From contig NIVC01001808.1 of NCBI GenBank assembly GCA_002269645.1, positions 124,001 through 188,000 on the forward strand: DNA of 64,000 nucleotides, written 5' to 3'. The notes below the pieces were generated by a model. The model was not told the DNA's origin and ran no database searches. It saw nothing but the letters and a program-made list of their open reading frames with translations. Shown piece by piece: positions 26,373 through 54,549 of this stretch (positions within the stretch are counted from its first letter, which is position 1; the number at the start of each line of letters is the position of its first letter). Source of the DNA: Macrostomum lignano. Its lineage: Eukaryota. Position numbers and translations under genes: made by a program.

Positions 26373-27379
26373 AACCTAGATTGGCCACCAATTGACAAAA
26401 AATTCCCATAACTATGGTTGAGGAAATAGCTGTAATCACAAGAGTATTTTATCTGAGACTCTCTGCAAGAAAATATTCACGATATTCAAAATGCACTACC
26501 AACATGAAAATTGCGCATTAAACTTATCAAATGGTCAATATAGGCTTTCTATTATCTATTATCAGTTGAAATGTTATAAAAAGAGCTTCACCTCTTCATT
26601 GTTCGTCATTTTAAAGATATTATATACTGAAATTTTTGTTAAATTTATTCCAAGGATATACGTATTCAAGTGAGCACACTTTACCCCCGATAATTATAGC
26701 GCCTTAAATGCCCGGTCCAAAAACCCTTCAACTGACTTATTTTTTGGTAGTTTAGCGGACAGAAGAAGCCTTATTTGTTGATTGTTATATTTATTAAGTA
26801 GTATGAAATGTGTACATATTAATCGCTTTCTATTTCGAGTTTGTTTCACTCATTTCGCTCGCATTTTCAATAGATTTCTGTTTCTATTTTTAAACTAACG
26901 CGATTTTAGTTCGCTCGAATTAAATCAATTATTTCTCTTAAAAAATTCTATTTACGGAATTTTACAGTAATAAAAAGCCAATTAATTTCTACTTTTGTAC
27001 CGATCGCACTCATAATTATTGCTAGGATTTTGTTTTATTTCATAATTTACACTTCCTAAAAAGCTGCCAAAATGTTAGGTCAAAAGTTAGGCACGCAAGA
27101 AAGCAGTTTCATGGACGGTAAAATGTAATCAATGCAATTTACAGATGGCTGTTGGAATATTCGAGCACTTGTTAATACAAGTATTGAGCTAAAAATTAAA
27201 ATCACTTGGACAATGCGTAGCTAAAATCAAATTTACAATTTGATAGAAAAGTTGTGGCAGTGCAAATGCACTTTGACACAGGACAGAAAATGTAAAATTT
27301 CAGGTCCGGGGCTCGAGCCCCAGCGATTTCATTTGCCTTCCCCTAGTCTGAAGCTAATTACTAGCTGGTTAATAATAAT

Positions 27380-27659
27380 TGACTACACTTGCTCTAATGA
27401 GCAGATATGCTACCGACAGCTCAGCCGCAGCTATTGCGCGGCGCATCTGAAGGCTGCGTACGGCTGTTCAGTCCAAGCACACACACCCTCAATTACCCCA
27501 ACTAATCCTGGCACCCATTTTACAGCTCGGTGAACTGAAGCAATGCAGAGTTAAAGTGTCTTGCTCAAGGACACAAATTGTTCCGAATGGGTTTAGAATC
27601 GAACCCCCGACCTTTCAGTCGTGAGTCCGACGCTCTGACCACTAGGCTACAACCCCCTT
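27380..27659 (-). mobile_element. CORE-type SINE, family A (second copy)
   Basis: Reverse complement of 17406-17695, with A/B boxes, CORE-like block and the same 3' body (CCTTCAGATGCGCCGC..AATAGCTGCGGCTGAGCTGTCGG). Confidence 0.8.
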
Positions 27660-27953
27660 AGAGCTTAGATTGGAACTTTTCAGGCTTTTCAAACACTAAA
27701 TTACAAAGTACGAGCCGTCCAAGCTGTGTTTCGAATGAACATGGTAACCAGTGATATTATTGTGTTATTATTCGATTCGCATTGCTTGAGTGGACTTTTA
27801 CGAGCTTCGTAGCACAGACACACACTTGAAGTTATACTTAATTATTGCAAAGCAACTTTTTTAAACACAATACAATAAAACACTCGCTAAATATTCTGCA
27901 CTTGCTACTCCTCAGTAGGCAATCTCGTGAATTTAAAAAACGAACTTTAAGTC

Positions 27954-30092
27954 CTAGATCTTGCCAACGTCGGCAGCCTTCGCTGCGGGCGCCGCCTCAC
28001 GCAGCCACCAGTCGGTGCCGGGCGGCGGAAAAGTCGGATCGGCTGCGCGAACAAAATCGGCCACGGCTGCTAGCAGGGCCCGCGGCCTGCGGTAGAACAT
28101 GCAGTTCAGGGCGCAGCCAGACGGATCACAGCCGGTGAAGGCGTCCACAGCTGATGGATTGCAGGGGCAGAGAGGGGGCACGGTGAGGCCAAGATGCTGG
28201 CAGCGGCTGAGCAGCCACTGCCACTTCTGCGAGTCCCTGACGCTTGTGCAGTCCCGACTGTTAGTCTTGTCGGCGGCTGTGGTGATATCGTCCAGCGACG
28301 AGCCGGAAGATGTCGAAGAAGCATTGGACGCCTGCGCGGCCGGTGAAGGCTTTCGATGCCGCCTGGCGGAGGCTCCGTTGGACGATTTCTGTAGCGGGGT
28401 TTGGTGTAGAGCGCTTGCACTGATATAGCCAGTGACCCTAATGATGCACTTTACCAGCCAGTTATAGCTGCGGGCACTCTGGCACAACACCTTCAGCAAC
28501 ACCGAAGACGGCTTAAGTAGGTCGGGAAATCTGGGTTTCTAAGAAAGATTAGCATCACACGAAAAATACACTAACGAGATTTGGGTGATTTTTTAAGTAG
28601 TTCAATAATTTCTATCTGAACATCAACTAGAATTATGAGAATTTCAATAAATTATTGCGTTTTCCGGTAAAACCGGTAAGCCATGATAAAACAAAAGTTT
28701 ACTTTTTGAGTATAGGCAACCATTTCTAAGAAAAAATCGGAGCCAGAAAAAGCTGACTGACCTGCAGGCTCTGCAGGAAAAGCAGTTGGTTTTTCGGTCG
28801 ATCCGCATCTCCGTTCGTCGGTTCCTCCTCAGGCTGGTCAGCCGCGATGCCGTTCGGACAGTCCCGACCCGTGGTTGCCAGGGTGAGCACAGTGTGAGTC
28901 AGCTCAGTCACGCTGGCTATGGTCTCGTCTCCTCCTTCGTCTCCGTTGACTCTGCCGCCGTCGCCATCGCACTCCGGGTCCGAGGCGGTGGCGTTCGCCG
29001 GAACTGCGCAGTCCGCGGCCAGCCGGGCCGCCGCCATCGCCTCGCCCTCCGCTTTGACCCGGCGCGCCCTGGCGCTGGCCTCTCGACGACGGCGCCAACG
29101 ACGCGCCGATTCGCGCTCAGACAGCGCCGACAGGGAGCGCTGGGCGGCGCGCTGGCGTCTCGCTGATTCGGCCGCGGCTGCCGCGTTGGCGGCGTCGAAT
29201 TTTGCGGCGGCAACGACGGCCGACGTTGCCAGCGTGGCGGAGCCGCGCCGACCGCCTCCGCTGCCGCCCCTGCCATCGAAAGTCGAGGAGGCGGCGGAGA
29301 CGGCCAGATGGTCTTGGCCAAGTTGCTGCTGTTGTGGGCTGCTGAAACAATGATTGACATCGACGAAGCTGTTTAACGGACCTGCCAACGGGCGCCGCAG
29401 CGAAGGCTCCGGCTGACGCCTGCCGACCAAGGCGCGTCGAGCAGCGAGGGTCTCCCGGTGGCAGCACTGGCGGAGCGTCTCCCAGTCTACAGGAGGAGGC
29501 TGCTGCGACCTCGGCGAAGCTGCTGACGATCCCGATGCTGATGCTGCCCGTCTAGCGGAGGCGGCGGCAGCGGAGCCGGCATTGGCGGCTGCCTGCAGTC
29601 GGGCAAGTCGTCGATAGGCGCGAACTCGGGCCGCTTCGCGAGCCTGTGGTGAGCGCAGGTTTTTTTTATAAACTATAAATCACAAAGAGCTCTTTAGTTA
29701 TTAAGAGAGAAGTAAAAAAATCGATCGATCGAGACAATGACAAAATGTACACATAAAAGACCCGATGTCAACAAGGAGGCCCCCCGAGCAGGCACCGCAG
29801 ACAGAGGGTGTACAGCGGCCCTGATACAAGCGTAACTGTAAATTCTCACTTGAAACTCCTGCAGCTGCCTCGCCTTCGCATCCGCCAGCCGCCGCATCCG
29901 GGCTGTCTCCAGCTCGGCCGCCTCGCACGCATCCGCTGGCGCTGGAAACTCTTCCTCATCTACAGTTGCCATGGAAACTACAGAAAAAACGCCGTCTTCT
30001 TCGCTAAAACCGTCAGCAGAAGGATCGGATGGGCTGCCCCATGATCCAGGCCAGTTCAAGGCTGTGTCATCGAATTCGAATTCGGCAATCAT
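27954..30092 (-). CDS. CCDC15: CCDC15-like coiled-coil (centriolar) protein, ~465 aa
   Basis: complement(join(27954..28226, 28762..29643, 29850..30092)), all phase 0; alternative ATG at 29972. The C-terminal LGLTVPPLCPCNPS...GCALNCMFYRRPRALLAAVADFV matches my recollection of the CCDC15 LPPLCCC..TCANNCIFYKN.RAY.RAL motif. N-terminal RRLADAKARQLQEFQ and ETLAARRAL blocks also parallel it. Confidence 0.65.
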
Positions 30093-30132
30093 TGCTGCAA
30101 TTGGCAGTCCACAATTTAGTCTAGTTGATAAG

Positions 30133-30897
30133 TTAATCAAAATTTGCTCTGGTATGAAACTTGGAAAATTTAAAGTTGCCAGTCTAATTTTATTATGGTG
30201 ATAGATAGCGACTGAATTTTGTAGAATAAAATATAGAGCTATAATATAAGTATAGCTTAGATTTAGATTAATAAAAATAATACTAATATAATCATGACTA
30301 TAATAATGAAAAGAATGTCTTTAAGTAATGACAAATAATATTATAAACTATATTACCAATATCAATTTATCAGCTTTTTAACTATTTAAAAACTTTTATC
30401 ATGTCAGGATAGTTGCTATTGTGAATAATTATATTATTGGAAACTCAAGGTTTTCTAAAACTTAGTTGCTTTCTAAAAATCTTAGTTTATTGTAGGATAA
30501 TGAATAGGTCTATCCCAATAATAATAGTTAGGCCATTAATATATAAAAATTTTAATATTTTATAATAGATTATTACAAAAAATGATAATTTGATAACTAG
30601 GCCTATAAAGCTATAGTATAAGTAATTTTGTTTATACTTGCATTAGAAGTAGGGATTGAGACTAGAGGCTAATTATAAACTTTGATTAACTCTAGAAGAA
30701 TACTGAATAGGCCAAAGTCAACACTTGATAGCCATGCCCAGCTAATACTTTATAATGCTATTCACTTTAATTAAAATGCAATTAATCAAAATTTGCTCTG
30801 GTATGAAACTTGGAAAATTTAAAGTCGCAAGTCTAATTTTATTATGGTGATAGATAGCGACTGAATTTTGTAGAATAAAATATAGAGCTATAATATA
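30133..30897. repeat. Pair of 116-bp direct repeats (30133..30248 and 30782..30897)
   Basis: TTAATCAAAATTTGCTCTGG...TATAGAGCTATAATATA occurs twice, two mismatches seen, 649-bp period. Confidence 0.85.
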
Positions 30898-32330
30898 GCA
30901 TTTTAAACCATTTAGTGAGCTCAGCGGACTATTGACTGCTATGGACTAACTTCTTTTAACTTATTGAGTTGATATTTTAACTCAAAATAATTTAACGCGG
31001 GAAACTAGGATTATATTAGCTGTAATAAAAAGTTAGAGAAATTAATGCAGCATCTTAATCTAAGTAAATTTATTATAGACTATTATACATTGACACTTAC
31101 AGGACTTGTGAAATTTGTGAAATTGAGGCTAAATACTTTCTATGTTCCCGTTCGCACAACTTGGACTTGATGGCATGCATGCAAGGCTCTGTAGTAAAAA
31201 ATGCGGCGCTTTAATAAAAGTTAAATTTTAGGGGCCTTTTTTACAAGCAACTATGTACATACAAAGCCAAGAAATTATTTCTAAAATATAACTCAAATTA
31301 TAGAGTTAGCTAACAAATTTACTTGTTATACCGAACATCTGAAGCACTTCAAGCTTTCATTTGTTAAAATGGGAGATTTGTTTCTTCAAAATGACGCAAT
31401 TCAAAGGCCTTATAAGGACCGAGTTTTTACCAAGCTAATTAAGCAAGCTTAGGGTAGAGAAAGTCCTTGAGTTTTTTCTAATTAAGACAATAAAATTCTT
31501 AACATTTTGAGCGAAATAAATTTCATACAAAATGCAGCTTTTCTTACAATCAGAAATTGGAATCAGAAAATCAAAGTACCAATTTCTATGTAGACTTTTA
31601 AAACTCAATTTATGTACATATACATGTATTCGCCCACTGCATCTGTCACTATCAGGGGTTAAATTCATTGTTTGAAGCAGTGTTCCCTGAGATAAATCTA
31701 TAGGATTCTTCATACATTTAAAAAAGCTAACACTCATGCTTCTTCGTACGAGTAATTTAAGGAGTAATTTAATTGTAAAATTTTACAAATATGTTGTAAC
31801 CCCTTGAAAATGATTTTGCAACATTTTCACAGATTAGTGCAGTTAAAGAATAACAAACAAACAAGCTATCACTGCTTTATTTCACAGCTGCTAGGTAGCA
31901 ACTACCAAAAGCTAATCTGACAGGTCTTTTGTCAGAACAAAATGCTTTAGTTATTTACTTTTATTATATAACCACCGGCTTATATAAAAACAGCAAAGAT
32001 TATTACCAGAGTGAATTTCTTATTAACTAACAATGACTATGACACAAAATTGGAGTAGAGAGTTATTTAGGTATTGAATGCTGAAACATCCGATGCCAGA
32101 ATGTTGCTATCAAACTTATTTAAGTTAATCAGTCGCTAAGCCTACGGTTGATAATGCAAACAAACTTGAAGAAAAGAATTACATAATAGTCGTAAGAAGA
32201 TTGACGCACTGTTTATTGATAAGAATTGCAAGCCAACAGTTTTAATAATTCAATCGTAAAACGAAAAAAATGTCAGTAGCACAACACTAAACAGTCGTTC
32301 CACAAGCAAAATGTTGCAGAAAAAAGTCAA

Positions 32331-47168
<14,838 letters not shown>

Positions 47169-48242
47169 CTTTGGACAGCTGGAATAGGGGAATGCGATTA
47201 AATATATTTCAGTTTGAGTCAGTTCATATAAAAAATGAACAAACTTTCTATACAAACTAATATTATTATGATTACTTAAAAATGCTAATAATATCGTCTA
47301 AGCTAAGACAGCAAACTTGATGTTGATTGTTGTGAATTGTGAAATATCTTCACGAGGGGAGCCAGATACAGAGTCAGAGGCAATACTATAGAGACAATCA
47401 TAATATATATGGAATCTTGCCCACTAGATCTTTCAAACTAAAAACACATTAACAATGTACTGGTGCCATTTAAATTAGAGTTATTTTGTAAATTAAATTC
47501 TTTTGCTATTTATTTAAATCCTTCTTTCATAAATAAAATATTATACAATATACTATTAGAAAAACTAGCAGAAAAGAATATAAATAAATAGGCCTAGAAT
47601 TCTTAAAAAACACAAGATTATTGAAATCTTTTAAAACTTTGCAATAGGCCTAGGGTGGCCCATGGGCCACATGCAGCTTACAAAGCCTTTCTATATAGCC
47701 TTCAGTTCTTTTGAGGCTTAAAATTAATAATCTAGCCTATTCAATGTTTCTATCTTTTCTCTTCTTTCTTTCCCTTTTTTCTTTTTGTCTTATTTCTTCA
47801 GCTTTATTCCTTACTTTACATTTCTCCTATTTTTTCTTTATTCCCTTTCCTTTCGATTTCTCTATTCTACAATCATATATTAAGTTCTCTATTTAGCCTT
47901 TAAGATAAAAATTTGCTAATCCTTAGCTTAGGGCTAAGGGTTCAAATAAGATTTTAAAAGTTTTTTATACTATTTTGTATATTACTATATATAAGTCCTA
48001 TTTGCCTAAGTTTTTATAGTTTTTATATATAATAGATAAAAATAAATCTACTATAGCTAAAACAACTAAAACCTTTATAATATTGCCTAAAATGTAGGTG
48101 CTAACAAAATTGTCAAATGGCTAGAGTCTGACTAAGATAGGAAAAATCTGGTTGGGCGAGATTGGGTGAGATTGGATTCATAAAATTCAGGACTTGGGAT
48201 TGGTTGAGATTGGGATCAAGGTCTACCATTTGCATTTAGACT

Positions 48243-50298
48243 TACAAAGGTTATGTCATAAATTTGCTGACAAACTTACATAGTATCTGTTTCTTTTGTA
48301 CTTTGGGACAGAATTTTTGTTACAGACTAAGGCTTTATCAATCTTATTGTCTATGGAAAATCTTTCCTCTGGCTTTTGAGATAAGGCAGAAATTGAGTGG
48401 CATTCAAACCACCCTTCTAGCCAGTATGGAGAAAAGTGAAGCTACCAAGCGCACTGCCATTTGGTCATTGTGGAAGCAGCAGAAGAAGCAGGCTAATATT
48501 TACCGCGAGCGGCTGCAAATCTTTGGTGAAGATGCACCTTCGAAACAAACTGTGTCAAAGTGGGTGCAGCCCTTTGAGGATGGCTGGGAGACAGTTTATG
48601 ATGCTCCCTGCACAGGTTCACTGCAGTCATCCACTTTCAGTGACAATATCTAGCGTGTGCAGCATGCCCTGAACAATGATTATGGAGCAACCCTGAGGTA
48701 GTTAAAGGACTTGTTGGCAATACCAATGAAGAACATTCATCACATCATCTCTGACCATCTGCATATGACACGAGTTGTTGCACAATGGGTCCCTAAACTG
48801 CTGACTCCTGTCCAACTGCAAGAAAGGGTCCAGATATGCCGCCACCTGCTCAATGCTAGTGATAGATCAAAATTTGATTTTGATTTCGATATTCCAAATT
48901 TTGAAACTAATTTTGCATTGCAATAACTTTGATTTTGATTTCAAATTTCGACACCATTCATCAAAAATCATTTCAAAATATTGGTTATATTTTAACAATT
49001 TAGACATTGATGATCATGCTACACGATTAAGAAAATCTATAGGAAGTGAAAGGAAGCGCAGTTCAAAGACTCAGTGGGGAGGTGAGAATCACCTTTTCTA
49101 TAAGAAAAGATTGTGCAGGGCACACACTGTTCCAGGCCTTGTGCTGCACCCACCTCAACCTCCACAAGCCCACTGGCTGAACTCATTGGCGTGGATTTTA
49201 ATTGGCTAAAGACTTAAAGCCTTAATGAAATGGATATAGGCTACTCATATCTAGATCTTCAGCTTAAACAGTGGTGAAGTATAATACAACTTCTACTGTA
49301 TTTTTATGTACGAGTTTATAATACATAATACACTAGCATTTTCTATTTTGTATTTTTAAAGTAAGTTAAATCTAAAGTATTCTGGTTTAAACATATTAAA
49401 GATACTTTTTATAAAACATATAAGCTCTACAGAGGCAAGGTGTTAACCTTTTTGCATGATTAGCGAAAAAGTAAAAATTTGTTAAGCTCTAAAAATTTCA
49501 ATTTTGATTTCAATTTTGATTCTAAGGAACCAAAAATTTTGTTTTCGATTTTGATTTGAAAAATAATTTTGATCCATCATTACTCAATGCCTATCAAAAC
49601 AAGCCCAACTTTCTTGGCCGCCTGGTGACTAATAATGAAATGTGGTTTCACTTCTATGAACTGGAAACGAAACAGCAGAGCAGCATCTGGAAGGCTACTC
49701 ACGAACTCCCACTGGTCAAGGCCAAGGTGGTGCAGTCAGCAGGTAAGCACATGGCCACGGTGTTCTGGGACAGAGAAGGCATCTTGTTAATCGAGTGGCT
49801 ACCTGAAGGCAGAACCATCAATGCCCAGTACTACTATGAAATATTGGAACGGCTGCATGAGAAGATCAAGAGTGAGTGCCGAGAAAGGATCACCAGGGGC
49901 ACTGTGCTGCAGCAGGACAACGCTAGGCTGCATACTTGCAATGCAACTATAGATGTCATCAGGAGACTAGGCTTCGAGTTGCTGCCTTACCCTGCCTATT
50001 CTCCTAAACTGGCCCCTAGTGACTATTGGCTGTTCCTTAAAATGAAAGAGCCTCTTTGTGGCCATTGCTATGGAAGCCTTTTTGCATCCAGCTTGGCTAT
50101 CAGCCAGTAGGTATGTGGGACCCCCACAGAATTCTTCACCTAGGGCATCAGCAAGCTCCCAGAGAGATGGCACAAATGTGTGCAGCTTGGGGATGACTAT
50201 GTTGAGAAGTGCAATGTTGACAATTAGCTGTTCTTTATTTTGTTTCTTGTTTGTTTGCAGTTTGTAGTTTTTAGTGAATTTATGACACAACCCTCGTA
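48243..50298 (+). mobile_element. Full-length decayed mariner transposon (TA-flanked)
   Basis: TIRs CAAAGGTTATGTCATAAATTT (48245-65) and the reverse complement of CGAGGGTTGTGTCATAAATTC (50276-96), 17/21 match, TA on both sides. The transposase (WVPKLL, MATVFWD, QDNAR, YSPKLAPSDYWLF, RWHKCV..DYVEK) has in-frame stops and an internal insertion. Confidence 0.9.
48857..49582. mobile_element. Non-autonomous hAT-type MITE nested in the mariner
   Basis: 8-bp TSD CTCAATGC (48849-56, 49583-90). 18-bp TIRs TAGTGATAGATCAAAATT / TAATGATGGATCAAAATT (16/18). Removing it restores HLLNAYQNKPNFLGRLVT. Confidence 0.85.
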
Positions 50299-50536
50299 TT
50301 TAGGTATAGGACTAGCAATCAGCGCCCCCCGTTGGGGAGCCAAAAAATACAGCACAAGTTTTTGAATAAACTACATATAAGCGTCTCTTTGCATTATACC
50401 TCAGCAACCCCTTGTAAGCCTTGACATGCCAGCAATTCCTCCCCCCCCCCACAAGCCTTAGCATATCAACTCCCCCTTGACATCTTAGCAATTCCCCCCA
50501 TAAGCCTTGAAATCTTAAAAAATCTGTTAACCTTCT

Positions 50537-50566
50537 AAACCTAACCCTAACCCTAACCCTAACCTT
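50537..50566 (+). repeat. Interstitial telomere-like (CCCTAA)n
   Basis: AACCTAACCCTAACCCTAACCCTAACC; a degenerate duplicate lies at ~50944-50992. Confidence 0.8.
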
Positions 50567-51419
50567 AAAGCATTGACATTTCAGTAATTCTCTCCGAGAG
50601 TCATTATAGCACTACAGCATTATAGCGATTCCCTGCAAGCCTCGACATCGTAGGGATTCCCAAATGAATCTCTTAACTTCGACATGAAGCTTCTTTTATT
50701 TTTTACATTACACTTTATCTATCAGCGATCCTTCCCGTGAAGAGCCAACAAATAATGAAAACATTTTTCAATAAACTACATCATCTACATGTAGCTTGTG
50801 AATTTAGCCTTGATATCTCGGTTATTCCCCCGTGAGCCTTGACATCTCAGCTATTCCCCCCGTAAGCCTTGACATGTTAGCGATGCCCCCCATAAACCTT
50901 GATATCTGAAAAATCCCCTGTTAATCTTGAAACCCGCTAAAATCTAACCCTCAACCCAAACCTGACCTAAACCTAACTTTAACCCAACCTAAAGCCTTGA
51001 ATCTCAGCAATTCTTCTCCCCTAAGCCTTGACATTTTAGTGATTCCTTTTTTAAGAATCACAGCACCATAGCGATTCCCTCCAAGCCTTGGCATCGTAGC
51101 AATTCCCAAATGAATCTTTTAACTTTGACATAATGACTCTTCTTTTATGTACACATAGTGCTTCTTCTCTTTTTTACATGACTCTTCTTCTATCAGCGCC
51201 CCCTCCCCCGTAGCGAGCCAACAAAGAATGTAATAAAAAATTGAGTAAACTACATGTACTTTGAAGTAGCTTCTGACGTTTGCTATTTTGCTTCTCTGGC
51301 ATCTCAGAAACCCCCTCCCCATAATCTCAGTTATTCTCCGTGAGCCTTGACATCTTAGTAATTCTCCCCAGCACAGCACAATAGCTTCTTTTAATTTTTA
51401 CATGACACTTCTTTCATGT

Positions 51420-53290
51420 CTGACATGACGCTTCTATGATTTCTCAAATGACACTTCCATTAGTTTTTATATGAGGCTTCTATGATCTTTTGATGACGCT
51501 TCTATGATTTTTTACATGACGCTTCTATGATTGTTTGCATGACGCTTTTATGATTTTTAAATGACGCTTCTATAATTGTTTACATGACGCTTCTATGATT
51601 GTTTACATGACACTTCTATGATTATTTACAAGACACTTCTATGATTGTTTGCATGACGCTTCTATGATTTTTTCATGACGCTTTTATGATTTTTACATGA
51701 CGCTTCTATGATTGTTTACATGACGCTTCTATGATTGTTTATATGACGCTTCTATGATTTTTTTAAATGACGCTTCAATGATTGTTTATATGACGCTTTA
51801 GTGATTGTTTACATGTCGCTTCGATGATTTTTTACATGACGCTTCTATGATTGTTTACATGACACTTCTATGATTGTTTACATGATGCTTCTATGATTGT
51901 TTACATGACGCTTCTATGATTTTTTACATGACGCTTCTATGATTTTTTACATGACGCTTCTATGATTGTTTGCATGACGCTTCTATGATTTTTTCATGAC
52001 GCTTCTATGATTGTTTGCATGACGCTTCTATGATTTTTTCATGTCGCTTCTATGATTTTTATATGACGCTTCTATGATTGTTTACATGACGCTTCTATGA
52101 TTGTTTACATGACACTTCTATGATTTTTATAAGACGCTTCTACGATTTTTTACATGACGCTTCTATGATTCTTTTCATGACACTTCTATGATTTTTTACA
52201 TGACGCTTCTATGATTTTTTCATGACGCTTCTATGATTTTTACATGATGCTTCTATGATTTTTTCATGACGCTTCTATGATTTTTTACATGACGCTTTTA
52301 TTATTTTTACATGACGCTTCTATGATTTTTTAAATGACGCTTCTATGATTGTTTATATGACGCTTCTATGATTGTTTACATGACGCTTCTATGTTTGTTT
52401 ACATGACGCTTCAGTGATTGTTTACATGACGCTTCAGTGATTGTTTACATGACACTTCTATGATTGTTTATATGACGCTTCTATGATTGTTTACATGACG
52501 CTTCTATGTTTGTTTACATGACGCTTCAGTGATTGTTTACATGACGCTTCTATGATTGTTTACATGACGCTTCTATGATTGTTTACATGACGCTTCTATG
52601 ATTGTTTACATGACGCTTCAGTGATTGTTTACATGACGCTTCAGTGATTGTTTACATGACACTTCTATGATTGTTTACATGACGCTTCTATGATTTTTTA
52701 CATGACGCTTCTATGATTGTTTACATGATGCTTCTATGATTGTTTATATGACGCTTCTATGATTTTTTTAAAAGACGCTTCTATGATTGTTTATATGACG
52801 CTTCTATGATTTTTTTAAATGACGCTTCAATGATTGTTTATATGACGCTTCAGTGATTGTTTACATGTCGCTTCAATGATTTTTTTACATGACGCTTCTA
52901 TGATTGTTTACATGACACTTCTATGATTGTTTACATGACGCTTCAGTGATTGTTTACATGACGCTTCAGTGATTGTTTACATGACACTTTTATGATTTTT
53001 ACATGATGCTTCTATGATTGTTTACATGACACTTCTATGATTGTTTACATGACGCTTCTATGATTTTTTCATGATGCTTTTATGATTTTTACATGACGCT
53101 TCAATGATTGTTTACATGACGCTTCTATGATTGTTTATATGACGCTTCTTTGATTTTTACATGACGCTTCTATGATTGTTTGCATGACGCTTCTATGATT
53201 TTTTACATGACGCTTCTATGATTGTTCTACGATTCTTTACATGACGCTTTTATGATTTTTGACATGACGCTTTTATGATTTTTACATGAC
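51420..53290. repeat. 22-23-bp satellite (CATGACGCTTCTATGATT[G/T]TTTA)n, long array
   Basis: Direct reading. Confidence 0.95.
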
Positions 53291-54134
53291 GCTTCTTTTT
53301 AAAAAGTCTTTTAGTTTTCCTGACATTGAAAAGGTTTAATTAAAAAAATTCCACTCTATGAAAATTCGAACCACCGTCGCTGCATTTAGCAGTTCAGTTT
53401 GTTCACCTCTAGGCTAGCTCTCATCGTTTTGATAACATCAAATTTTGCACTTATATAATTCAACACTTTAAAATCCAAGCATAGAGTAAATCACACGAAG
53501 CAGTTATGACATAATCAGTTTCTCAGTCAGTCAGTATCAGTTAACAATATGGTTACGCAATTTAAATCAAGTCTGGTGCTACGCTTCCACACTGCATTTT
53601 CAATTCAAGTCGGAGTTACAATTCAGTTATGATGCAATCTATTTCAGAATCAGAATTCAACCAGTCAGTTTTTTCTCTAGCATTCTTACAATGCATTTCA
53701 AGTCGAAAGAGCTGCTTGACCTTTGCAAAAAAGCATGTTTTTTGAATATTTAATGCCTTTAGCATCGAGCAATTTCTTAGCCACGATGCATGTACAGTCA
53801 CGGGAAAATTTCTGATCGAACAGTGCAAGTCTCATGAAAATCGGTCCAGCCATTTTTTTTTCTAATCGATTACAAGCAAGCAAGATTTTCATTTTTAGTA
53901 TATTGGACTAGCAATCTACGCCCCCCGTTGGGGCGCCAAAGAAATGCAATACACATTTTTTAATAAGCTACATATATCCTTGAAATCTTAAAAAATCTCC
54001 TGTCAAACCTTGTAAGCCTTGACATGTCAATAATTCCCCCCCCCCCCACAAGCTTTAACACATCAACTTCCCCCCCTTGACATCTCAGCAATGCCCCCAA
54101 TAAGCCTTGGAAATCTAAAAATATCTGTCAACCT

Positions 54135-54196
54135 TCTAACCCTAACCCTAGCCTAACCCTAACCCTACCCTAACCCTAACCCTAACCTAACCCTAA
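54135..54196 (+). repeat. Interstitial telomere-like (CCCTAA)n
   Basis: About 10 imperfect units. Confidence 0.85.
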
Positions 54197-54549
54197 AGCA
54201 TTGACATTTCAGTAATTCTCTCCGAGAGTCATTATAGCACTACAGCATTATAGCGATTCCCTGCAAGCCTCGACATCGTAGGGATTCCCAAATGAATCTC
54301 TTAACTTCGACATGAAGCTTCTTTTATTTTTTACATTACGCTTTTTTATCAGCGCCCCCCCCATGGCGAGCCAACAAAGAATGCAATAAAAAATTGAGTA
54401 AAGTACATGAACTTTGAAGTAGCCTCTGACTTTTGCTTTGACATCTCAGAAACCCCCCGTAATCTCAGTTATTCTCTGAGAGCCTTGACGTCTCAGTAAT
54501 TCTCCCCAGCACAGCATTATAGCTTCATTTAATTTTTACATGACACCCT

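Larger units (their letters stand above)
50311..53906 (+). mobile_element. Non-autonomous Helentron/Helitron-like unit 1 (carries CCCTAA repeats and a 22-23-bp satellite)
   Basis: Starts ACTAGCAATC plus a GC hairpin (GCGCCCCCCGTTGGGG), ends TTTTTAGTATATTGG, and is colinear with unit 2. The family assignment is inferred from the termini and tandem arrangement. Confidence 0.55.

Noticed and set aside
54135-54196. True telomere or chromosome-fusion scar
   Set aside because: Short, imperfect and located at the same position in both repeat units, so it is part of the element.
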